Notes under the pieces: model-generated
Seen by the model: the letters and a program-made list of their open reading frames with translations, nothing else
The model's database searches: none
Told to the model about the DNA's origin: nothing
Sequence record: NC_023557.1
Strand: one strand, 5' to 3'
Length of the DNA stretch: 64,000 nt
Part shown: positions 56,487-64,000 of the stretch, in pieces
Layout: every line of letters starts with the position of its first letter
How positions within the stretch are numbered: the first letter of the stretch is position 1
Made by a program: the position numbers and the translations under genes

Positions 56487-57638
56487 ATGCGTCAGTATTT
56501 GGATGGGATTCGTTACATCTTTGAGAACGGGTCACAACGAGGGGATCGCACCGGGGTAGGTACGTTGTCGGTGTTCTCGATGAAGCAGACTTACGATCTG
56601 CGTCTGGGATTCCCGCTGGTCACCAGTAAGAAAGTGCGTATCGATTTTATTATCGAAGAGCTCATCTCTTTCCTATCGGGTGACCCTGATATGCCGGGTG
56701 TGGGTATCTGGGATGATTGGCGTGTCAAAGACGAAGTCTCTCGTGAAGTCCCGTTAGAGAACCACGAGCGTTTAAAACTCTGGGTTGAGAAGTCGGACCT
56801 GAAGTATAACGTTGCTTACCTTCAACTCAATGCGATGGGTTCTGTCGAAGCGGGTCATCGTTTCCTGGATGAGCAAGGGATTCCACGTAACAGAAAAGAA
56901 GTACTGGTAGCAGAAGGTGCACTCAATGCACCCTATGGGCCAGCGTGGCGTGCGTGGAAAGGTCGTCTGGGCGAAGTGCATGATCAGATCGGTTATCTGC
57001 TCAAGCTGCTTAAAAACAATCCTACGAGCCGTCGTATGCTATTGTCTGCTTGGGACCCGGCGAACATGCCGGATGAGTCTATCAGTCCGCAGGATAACAT
57101 CATTGATGGCAAGCCATGTCTGACTCCGTGTCATTGGGCGTTTGAGCTGTACACTGACGAAATCCTGGCAGAGGAACGCCTTGATTGGGTCGAAGCTAAT
57201 GCACCTAGCCTCTGGGAAGACTACAATGATCGTTCAGGTCGCGGTCAGTGGTTAGGCGACACAGACAGTAAGCGCCTTCATGAATTCCTGGACGAAGCCG
57301 GCGTACCGAAGTATTACCTGGATCTGAAGTATCACCAGCGTTCCTGTGACTATATGGTTGGCGTGCCGTATAACATCGCCAGCTATGCGGTGTTGCAGCA
57401 CATGTTCGCCGCCACCTGTAACATGATCCCGCGGATACTGGAAGCGGATATGACTAACATCCATATCTACAACTTCCACAAAACCAATGCGGTCATGCAG
57501 GCCAGTCGCAGCCCACGCACACTACCCACTCTGAAGGTACTCGCCGCTCACGATAAGTTGGAAGACTATACGTTGGAAGACTTTGAACTCGAAGGTTATG
57601 ATCCGCATCCTTTTATTAAATATGAAAGAGCGGTCTGA
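56487..57638 (+). CDS. thyA: Thymidylate synthase with two insertions
   Basis: DRTGVGT, FPLVTSKK, YGPAWR, SRR, PCH catalytic Cys, QRSCD...GVPYNIASY, HIY. Confidence 0.95.
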   Translation: MRQYLDGIRYIFENGSQRGDRTGVGTLSVFSMKQTYDLRLGFPLVTSKKVRIDFIIEELISFLSGDPDMPGVGIWDDWRVKDEVSREVPLENHERLKLWVEKSDLKYNVAYLQLNAMGSVEAGHRFLDEQGIPRNRKEVLVAEGALNAPYGPAWRAWKGRLGEVHDQIGYLLKLLKNNPTSRRMLLSAWDPANMPDESISPQDNIIDGKPCLTPCHWAFELYTDEILAEERLDWVEANAPSLWEDYNDRSGRGQWLGDTDSKRLHEFLDEAGVPKYYLDLKYHQRSCDYMVGVPYNIASYAVLQHMFAATCNMIPRILEADMTNIHIYNFHKTNAVMQASRSPRTLPTLKVLAAHDKLEDYTLEDFELEGYDPHPFIKYERAV

Positions 57639-57670
57639 CCCACTGGTGCGTTGAAGGGAGCACAACGGTA

Positions 57671-58036
57671 ATGAAGAGAGAGTCCAGTTACACCCTGGTC
57701 TTTGGGGAAGGTAGTACTGAAGAAGATGTCAACACCCTGCGTGAGATGGTGTCACACATGCGGGGGTTGACCGGGTTGTCGCAGCTGGGGGCGTTTGAGG
57801 TGTTCGTTACCCATTATGAATTGCAACGTAAAGACGCAGGGCTGATCATCAGTGATCTTCCGGTGAATGCACAGTCGTTGTTTGATGTCAGTGATCGACA
57901 GAACTGGCTGACACCGCTGTTCACTTCACGGGGGTTAGTGGCGTGTGACTTGTTGTTGTTACTGAAGCAAGGCAAATGGACCGGAGAACACCTCAAGGTG
58001 ACCTTTCGGGTAAAAGGCATCAGGGCGAAAGCATAA
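57671..58036 (+). CDS. Hypothetical protein
   Basis: 121 aa, GGGAG RBS. Confidence 0.55.
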   Translation: MKRESSYTLVFGEGSTEEDVNTLREMVSHMRGLTGLSQLGAFEVFVTHYELQRKDAGLIISDLPVNAQSLFDVSDRQNWLTPLFTSRGLVACDLLLLLKQGKWTGEHLKVTFRVKGIRAKA

Positions 58037-58042
58037 CGCATA

Positions 58043-58070
58043 CGGAGGGGTCATTCCCTCCGCTATGCCG
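58043..58070 (+). terminator. Hairpin CGGAGGGG-TCAT-TCCCTCCG followed by CTATGCCG
   Basis: Stem plus family motif; upstream GCATA extends the pairing. Confidence 0.7.
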
Positions 58071-58168
58071 ATTAAGTTTTTGACAAAGTTTACTGCAGAT
58101 CTTTTCAGACCTATATCACGTCGGTGAATAACCTTTCACTAATTAACCAATCCGTAGGGAGTTTTATC

Positions 58169-59545
58169 ATGGCTGCATTAAAATCTAAAGTTGAACTGTT
58201 TCACTGGTATCAGGAACTGAAAACTGAATTTAAAACCGGCAAGATTACCGTGTTCGAATTTGAGCGGCAAGTGCTCAGCGAAATTCTTTCCCTGACCGAT
58301 ACTGGTAAAACACCATCTACTGCCAAAATCAGTTTGGTAGTGGACATCCTTAATTCTGTGGTTTTTGATCATGTGTTTACCGCAGACGGTATCATTGACC
58401 TGGACAACATGCTCGCTCGTGAACACGTACGCAACATTTCGGAATTGACGGCAGCACGCAATAACTTTATTACCATACAAGCCCAGGCCCGTCTGAACAA
58501 AGAAAAGGAACAGACTGCGAAACCAGCAGAGCAGAAGGCATTTGCCAAGTTTCCAACGAAAGAAGAGCTCGAATATTGGGTTAATGCCAGAAAGCTATTC
58601 CGTTATGGTAACCCCAATACGCTCGGCACTGAAGCATACCAGGAGGTTGTCAAATACTGGCATCTGGTCGATAAATATCTGGGTACATTAAAACTGGAAC
58701 TGGATCACACCGACCCTAACTACGTCGATAACATCCTGTTGATTGACTACTTTGTATCGTTGGTCGCCAAGCAAGAGGTTCCTGAGGAAGAACGCAGGCA
58801 TCTGAAAGACACACTTAGCAGTCTATATGCGTGCCCCATTAAAACCCCACACATCGATGCATTTGTCGAACGTGGCCAACACCCCCTTCCAGTTAAGCCA
58901 AAACAACCACCCATCGCGCAACAAGCCATCGACCGCGCTATTGCCTGGCGTGAAGAGGAAACCAAAACAAACCATCAGCAAAAAGACATATTACGAGAAT
59001 TCGCCGATCAATACTGTCCGGTAATGGTGGCCAAGCAACATGCCACTCAGCAGTTGTTTGATTTCGTTGCTCGTGCGGTGAAACGTGTCTTGACCGCCAT
59101 TGCTCAGCCAAACAACCCGGAAGACGCCGAGATGCTGGCAAAAGGTCATGCCATCAACATTCTCAATGTTAAGCATGGTGTAATTGGTGTCAGTACCACG
59201 ATTACCAGAAACGGTCTGGTCAAGTTACGCATCTTCGCTGAACGTGAACTATGTAACGAGGACTACGGTATTCCGACTCTGTCGTATAATCAAGTCCGTC
59301 AATCACCTCATGCAACGTTCAGCATACCAGTGCCGGCACTGATAGATGGGTTCATTAACATGTGGGATATCCCTAATCAGGCCCCTCGCCATATGCATAA
59401 TAGCGTAGGCGGTATGTTGGGTAATCCCTATCCGTTACAGCAGCTTGATGGTTTAATGTCAGCTATTGCAAGAGAAGCAGCCGAGTACGGCGTTACGCCT
59501 ACTTATGGTAGTACTGAAGACAGCCTTATCGTTGTTCTCCATTAA
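58169..59545 (+). CDS. Hypothetical protein, paralogue of the next gene's N-terminal domain
   Basis: WYQELKTEFKTGKI and LIDYFVSLV...RHL motifs; AGGGAG RBS. Confidence 0.65.
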   Translation: MAALKSKVELFHWYQELKTEFKTGKITVFEFERQVLSEILSLTDTGKTPSTAKISLVVDILNSVVFDHVFTADGIIDLDNMLAREHVRNISELTAARNNFITIQAQARLNKEKEQTAKPAEQKAFAKFPTKEELEYWVNARKLFRYGNPNTLGTEAYQEVVKYWHLVDKYLGTLKLELDHTDPNYVDNILLIDYFVSLVAKQEVPEEERRHLKDTLSSLYACPIKTPHIDAFVERGQHPLPVKPKQPPIAQQAIDRAIAWREEETKTNHQQKDILREFADQYCPVMVAKQHATQQLFDFVARAVKRVLTAIAQPNNPEDAEMLAKGHAINILNVKHGVIGVSTTITRNGLVKLRIFAERELCNEDYGIPTLSYNQVRQSPHATFSIPVPALIDGFINMWDIPNQAPRHMHNSVGGMLGNPYPLQQLDGLMSAIAREAAEYGVTPTYGSTEDSLIVVLH

Positions 59546-59553
59546 TCCACACG

Positions 59554-59580
59554 GGGAGGTTCGCCTCCCTTTTATTTTTT
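59554..59580 (+). terminator. Canonical intrinsic terminator GGGAGG-TTCG-CCTCCC followed by a T-rich tail
   Basis: GC stem plus long U-tract, no TATGCC. Confidence 0.75.
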
Positions 59581-59606
59581 AATTAACCTACTGTGAGAAT
59601 TTAACC

Positions 59607-60308
59607 ATGAACAAAGAAACTTATACTACCTGGTACAATGGATTAAAAGAAAGATTGGCGGCAGGTGACATTGATCAAGTTACTTATGAATCGCTTATCA
59701 TCAGTAATCTTCATTCGTTGCTGACTCGACACAGGCATACCCGGCACGATATTAACCATCTGCCGTTACCAAAACATTTCGAACTGATTAACCATTATTT
59801 CGAACTGATTGCTGATGCAGAAATGTCAGAAAGAAATGCCAGACATTTAGTCTCTTTTGTGGCCAGTATTATCGAGGCGATCCCGGCAGCCAGGGCATTC
59901 GGAAAGAAACATAACACACCACTACCCCCTTCTAAGGAAGAGCTCGAGGGTAAACTTGCTTGGGGGCGTAAGAAAGTCGCTACCCCAACTGAAGCGATGC
60001 GTGGTCGTCCGGTGATCACCCAGGTCAACGAACCTGAGAACGAAGTAACCATTGAACTACCCTGGAAAACCGCATTGCACGTTTACAAAGGGTTCCTGGT
60101 AAAGGCACTGATGTCAAAGCACGGATACCAATACAGTGATGCGTATAGCTACATTACTGATCATCAGAACAAATACGACGAACTCTTGGCAGAAGTCCTC
60201 AACAGCATTATTGCTAATAAAGAGTCGCATCTGGTGTCGGTAGGTGGCGGCATCACTGCAGCGGGTACTGGTCTGGTGGTAAGCGGGATTATTAAGCCGG
60301 AGGAGTGA
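59607..60308 (+). CDS. Protein with a C-terminal segment resembling the RNAP beta-prime dock region
   Basis: GRPVIT...LPWKTALHVYKGFLVKALMSKHG...DELLAEVLNSII. Confidence 0.6.
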   Translation: MNKETYTTWYNGLKERLAAGDIDQVTYESLIISNLHSLLTRHRHTRHDINHLPLPKHFELINHYFELIADAEMSERNARHLVSFVASIIEAIPAARAFGKKHNTPLPPSKEELEGKLAWGRKKVATPTEAMRGRPVITQVNEPENEVTIELPWKTALHVYKGFLVKALMSKHGYQYSDAYSYITDHQNKYDELLAEVLNSIIANKESHLVSVGGGITAAGTGLVVSGIIKPEE

Positions 60309-60868
60309 TGAAAGGAGAGATAGAGACACGCTTCAGAAGACACTACGGCAACCACATTAAACGGGGTAGTGATATCGCAGTGCCTTTATACCACATTAGT
60401 CTACAGAATGACTTGGAGGGGCTATGGCGACCTAAAGCCCCTGACTCGCCATTTGATATTCCGAAGAAACCCAGCATCATTACTGAAATGCCGCTCCCGC
60501 GTATCTGTGTAGCGCCATCTATCGAACAGTGCTTCTGGGCAATCTATCCCAATATCTCTAAGCTCTTTGAAGAGGAAGAATACGCAGCGGTTTGTTTTGC
60601 GGTTTATCAACCGATTCTGCATGCCGGTATTGCTGTTGTGGATGCCAGTACGTTAACGCAATGCCGACTGGTGCACGATGCACATATTACCGGCGAGCAT
60701 TGGTTACTCAGCGATACCACCATGTGTGTGATCGACTTTATTCAAGTTAAGAACACCTCACACGGTGAGTTCGTAAAGTTCCATCCGTTTGATACTCCGG
60801 TTGGTAACGAGTGGGAACTTGCCCCTAAAAATGTTGTTTATCATTCACTTAAATTAACGGAGTTGTAA
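60305..60868 (+). CDS. Possible ADP-ribosyltransferase-fold protein
   Basis: LYHIS ... PRICVAPS ... DAHITGEHWL: H, S and E strands in ART order. Confidence 0.35.
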   Translation: MMKGEIETRFRRHYGNHIKRGSDIAVPLYHISLQNDLEGLWRPKAPDSPFDIPKKPSIITEMPLPRICVAPSIEQCFWAIYPNISKLFEEEEYAAVCFAVYQPILHAGIAVVDASTLTQCRLVHDAHITGEHWLLSDTTMCVIDFIQVKNTSHGEFVKFHPFDTPVGNEWELAPKNVVYHSLKLTEL

Positions 60869-60872
60869 ATCC

Positions 60873-61517
60873 ATGGTAACTGCTAGAAAAGCTAATAAGA
60901 CCTTAGGTGAGCACGCGGTGGCTCATGAGGCAGTAACACGCTTAGGTAGCAATAAAAAAGTCAAACCAGTTAAGCCGCTTTGGACACTGGAGAACATCGA
61001 GGACAATCTGGTTGGTCAAGGTATCCTTGCCTACTTGAAACGCCACACGTCGTTATCGATCCGTGACATCAACACCGCGGCTAACCGCCTGACGAAGATT
61101 GCTGATTCAGATATAAAGGAAGGGAAAGCGCGTGATTACGTGGCACGAGTTATTGGGTACAATAATTACGACGCTCTCAACGTCACCGTTCGTGCAGCGG
61201 TGCCTGTGCGCAATCATGTACAACGTCGTAAAGCAAATCAACCGGTCACAGAGCTGCTGATAGAAGACGAGGAACTGCCGCCGGTAACACATACTGAAAT
61301 CAACCCCTTGGTGATGTTAGCCCTACAGCGTGAGATCTCTAAACGCGGCTTTCGTCTCCTTGGTAAGAACTACCGGGCTTTCGTTAACAAGGATAACCCC
61401 GAGCACACCTTTACGTTGATGCAGGCGTATAACTACCTTGCCAAACAACTGGGTTATCCGGACTATCACTCTATGCCCCGTCAGTACCCAATCATTAACT
61501 TGCGCTACGTCGATTAA
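60873..61517 (+). CDS. Protein with a duplicated small helical domain
   Basis: ARDYVARVIGYNNYDAL and AYNYLAKQLGYPDYHSM. Confidence 0.6.
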   Translation: MVTARKANKTLGEHAVAHEAVTRLGSNKKVKPVKPLWTLENIEDNLVGQGILAYLKRHTSLSIRDINTAANRLTKIADSDIKEGKARDYVARVIGYNNYDALNVTVRAAVPVRNHVQRRKANQPVTELLIEDEELPPVTHTEINPLVMLALQREISKRGFRLLGKNYRAFVNKDNPEHTFTLMQAYNYLAKQLGYPDYHSMPRQYPIINLRYVD

Positions 61518-61539
61518 CCTATTGTAAGGAATAAAGAAC

Positions 61540-62289
61540 ATGATGACGACTTTCCCGAAAGAGATGAATGCAGCTTTCCATCCTGATAACGAACAAACCA
61601 CTCAGCTGTGCAAAACGATCCAGCAGATCAGCGGAGTGGAGATCAAACGTGTACATGTGGTGATGGCGATCCACCATTACAAACAAAACGATGCGGCACA
61701 TCAGCCTGACCACATGCTGGCGGTCTTAGCAGAAGCAGCCCACATCATCCAGTCGTTTCCTGACCTGGAGAAATGGCGCACCCAGATCATGTTAGGGTGT
61801 CTGTTCCATGACACCCACTGTCACATCGATCGGGATATGCACCACCTGCTAGGCGCCGAACATGCTCAAGAGGCATTACTGGAGTATGCGTGCGGTTATG
61901 GGATGTCACGTGCGGATGTCTACCTGATCAGTCAGGCCGTGCTGGAGCATCGGGCTTCCTGGAAGTACCCGCGTATTAACCCTGTATCCAACGCTGTGGC
62001 GTCTGCAGATCGTGGCTACCCTGATCTAAAGAAATACATCCGTCGTGCTGTACAGTACCGTTACAAGCGCACGGCAGTCATCAACATGAACACCGTCATC
62101 GATGAGTCGATCGAGCACATGGTAGAGAAGTTCGGGGATGGCGGTTATGCCTGGGAGAGCTACCCGACGTATGCAGCAGTGATGCACGGTGATGCGATCC
62201 AACAAGTGAAGCAACAACTGCGCAGTAAAGAAGGAAAGGCGCAACTCAAAGAGTACGCTGAACTCCACTTTGATGAGTGGGTAGAGTAA
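61540..62289 (+). CDS. HD-domain phosphohydrolase
   Basis: HQPDH ... LFHD ... HHLLGAEHA ... VLEHR ... ASADR metal-binding set. Confidence 0.8.
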   Translation: MMTTFPKEMNAAFHPDNEQTTQLCKTIQQISGVEIKRVHVVMAIHHYKQNDAAHQPDHMLAVLAEAAHIIQSFPDLEKWRTQIMLGCLFHDTHCHIDRDMHHLLGAEHAQEALLEYACGYGMSRADVYLISQAVLEHRASWKYPRINPVSNAVASADRGYPDLKKYIRRAVQYRYKRTAVINMNTVIDESIEHMVEKFGDGGYAWESYPTYAAVMHGDAIQQVKQQLRSKEGKAQLKEYAELHFDEWVE

Positions 62290-62297
62290 GCTACGTG

Positions 62298-62327
62298 GCC
62301 GGAGGTAATCCTCCGGCTGTTATGCCT
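62298..62327 (+). terminator. Hairpin GCCGGAGG-TAAT-CCTCCGGC followed by TGTTATGCCT
   Basis: 8-bp stem plus family motif. Confidence 0.7.
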
Positions 62328-62449
62328 GTTCTTTCTTCTTTGTAATTCCCAACACATTCGGTCTTTGTTATACAAAGGCTATAATCTTTGTCCCGAGCTA
62401 AGGGTAACGTGAACAGTTATGCTGGCTTACTTTTTAAAGGTATCTTTTC

Positions 62450-62980
62450 ATGGATGTTTTATTTAATCTCTCCTCATGGCAATCGCTTTTACTTGTGGTA
62501 GTCGTACTCCTACTGTGGTTGTATTACCAACGACTTCAACACCTGCGTCGTAAGTATCATCGTCGTAATGAACGCATGATGGCGCAGAGCGTGGTCATGA
62601 CATCCCGGCTGTTACTGAGTACCTTCTCGGAGATTGTGGAACGTGCTAAGGAAGAGGACATCTACCAGCGTGATCCTAACTCCCCGATTGCGGCAGACCG
62701 GGCCAGTGCGATGGCCTGCTCCTCCATCTTCAGTGGGTTGTATAACCTGGTTGTGGTGCCCGTCACCACCCTTGATCCGGTGTTCAACGATTTATTGATT
62801 ACCGGTACTGAGCGGGAAGATGTTGAGGAAGGGGTCTTTGTGTCGTTTTATTTGGGTGAACAGCGTAATGATGTGGTTAGGCATTTTATACCCGACCGGT
62901 CGTTACAGGCCTTTATCACCCAAACGCGTGCCTTCAGTGCTTACCTGCGACAGGCTGCGAATACAAAACCACCACAATGA
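62450..62980 (+). CDS. Single-pass membrane protein
   Basis: N-terminal TM followed by a basic stretch. Confidence 0.6.
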   Translation: MDVLFNLSSWQSLLLVVVVLLLWLYYQRLQHLRRKYHRRNERMMAQSVVMTSRLLLSTFSEIVERAKEEDIYQRDPNSPIAADRASAMACSSIFSGLYNLVVVPVTTLDPVFNDLLITGTEREDVEEGVFVSFYLGEQRNDVVRHFIPDRSLQAFITQTRAFSAYLRQAANTKPPQ

Positions 62981-62988
62981 GGTGACAC

Positions 62989-63519
62989 ATGACCAATTAT
63001 GGTTTTCTGCTGAACACAGTACTTCTGGCTTTTCTTATTTGGTTTGGTTACCGACTGCACACGTTGGTAAACAACAGCGAGAAAGCCACCCTCGCCGCTG
63101 ATCATAACGCCAAGCTGCGCTTCCTGACCTATGCAGCCCGGCAGATAATGAGTGACTTGTATACGTCGCTCAATCTTCCGACGCTCACCGGGTGTGCGAA
63201 GATGTATCTACGTGATGACGGCAAGCTTGATAATATTGAAGTCATTATGCGACTCTTCATGAAAACCCATAATGAGATTATTACCAAGCTCTCCGAGGGA
63301 TTGGTGTCGGATCATTTGAAGATCACCGATGTTAAAGTTACCCATGATCTGGTGACCAACGAAGTGCTCATCACACTCTTGTATCCGAATAAAGTCACTG
63401 ACATCCTGGTCTTCCATCATAACCACCTGGCGCAGGCGATCTACCAGCTGGATCGATTGCAGCATCGGCTCTCAACGTTCCACAAAGCGGTGCCGAACCG
63501 CGACCTGTACCAACTCTAA
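62989..63519 (+). CDS. Single-pass membrane protein
   Basis: N-terminal TM, GAGGTG RBS. Confidence 0.6.
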   Translation: MTNYGFLLNTVLLAFLIWFGYRLHTLVNNSEKATLAADHNAKLRFLTYAARQIMSDLYTSLNLPTLTGCAKMYLRDDGKLDNIEVIMRLFMKTHNEIITKLSEGLVSDHLKITDVKVTHDLVTNEVLITLLYPNKVTDILVFHHNHLAQAIYQLDRLQHRLSTFHKAVPNRDLYQL

Positions 63520-63522
63520 ACC

Positions 63523-63552
63523 AAGGGAGGGCTTCGGCTCTCCCTTATGCCA
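63523..63552 (+). terminator. Hairpin AAGGGAGGGC-TTCG-GCTCTCCCTT followed by ATGCCA
   Basis: cUUCGg hairpin plus family motif. Confidence 0.7.
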
Positions 63553-63639
63553 CCCGTTCTTCTTTTTTGGTTATTACTATGAATTGCAAGATTCACCACG
63601 TAGTTCGTTTCACTTATTAACCCCTAAAGAGGAATAGTC

Positions 63640-64000
63640 ATGACAGATAGCACTACAGCGCAGAGCCCGACCGTGACGTTAGACCAAGTCATTGCGTCAG
63701 GCGGCCAGATTGTCTTCCTGGACAATGGGCAACTGAAAAGCTTTCCTGTCTCTCAGATCACTGACTTACTGAAAAGCGGCATGTCTACTGACGTGTTGGG
63801 TCAGGCTGATTCTCTGAGTATGTTTGGTCAGGTGGAGTCGTTCGAGGCTCTACGTAAGCTTAAGCCACAGAAAGAAGGTGCACGCATCTCTCTTCGTGGT
63901 TGGAACAAAGGCAGTTGTCTGGGTGGTGGTGAGTTCATTGGTCATCTCGTCACCAAAGATCTTAAAGCCCGCCCAGATGATGGCGGTATGATTGCAGCCG
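63640..64000 (+). CDS. Tailspike/depolymerase-like protein, N-terminal part (runs off the window; not in the ORF track)
   Basis: GAGGA RBS; open to the end; GQVESFEALRKLKP...GARISLRGW...GGGEF...DDGG is a tailspike N-terminal domain motif. Confidence 0.7.
   Translation, partial: MTDSTTAQSPTVTLDQVIASGGQIVFLDNGQLKSFPVSQITDLLKSGMSTDVLGQADSLSMFGQVESFEALRKLKPQKEGARISLRGWNKGSCLGGGEFIGHLVTKDLKARPDDGGMIAA

Noticed and set aside
62450-63519. Two adjacent single-TM proteins of identical length (176 aa) as duplicates
   Set aside because: No sequence similarity visible beyond the TM; the equal length is probably coincidence
1-64000. Numerous 60-180 aa ORFs antisense to or nested in long genes (e.g. 857-1201, 13153-13593, 43681-44217)
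   Set aside because: Shadow frames of real genes: no RBS, no recognisable motifs, and the gene-dense sense strand already explains the sequence
1-64000. Stop-codon reassignment or alternative genetic code
   Set aside because: Known proteins (SbcC, RtcB, ThyA, portal) are full length under the standard code
1-64000. CRISPR array, rRNA or canonical tRNA
   Set aside because: No regularly spaced direct repeats and no cloverleaf with canonical D/T loops seen by eye; tRNAscan-SE was not run

Overview
This window is a gene-dense, roughly 50% GC segment of a phiKZ-like jumbo phage genome (Chimalliviridae-like, inferred from gene content and order). The host is probably gammaproteobacterial, judged from the SspB, ThyA and RtcB types. 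No chimallin or PhuZ gene is visible, so nucleus formation is not shown here. Positions 1-31.3 kb hold conserved core and structural genes: a non-virion RNA polymerase beta-like subunit, a Gln-rich protein, the portal, baseplate proteins, a RuvC-like resolvase, a holin-like gene with overlapping spanins, four paralogous tail-fibre proteins, a central spike and an SbcC/Rad50 ATPase. Positions 31.3-64 kb are an accessory region of short, almost all + strand genes: a signal-peptide lytic transglycosylase, GNAT, SspB, a TPM-like plus LemA-like membrane pair, RtcB, a Kelch protein, an Ntn-hydrolase/HslV-like pair, an HNH endonuclease, a DEDDh exonuclease, ThyA, an HD hydrolase and the start of a tailspike-like gene. 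The top leads are: (1) a small protein carrying what looks like an isolated RNA polymerase beta-prime dock segment; (2) a proteasome/HslV-like gene pair; (3) a family of 13 intergenic hairpins tied to a TATGCC(G)-type motif instead of a plain U-tract, present on both strands between convergent genes; (4) a TPM+LemA-like membrane module; (5) a multi-stem RNA candidate behind the HNH gene; (6) a duplicated insertion domain in ThyA. All protein calls come from motif recognition and remembered synteny, not database searches. Several starts were moved from the ORF track to RBS-supported ATGs.
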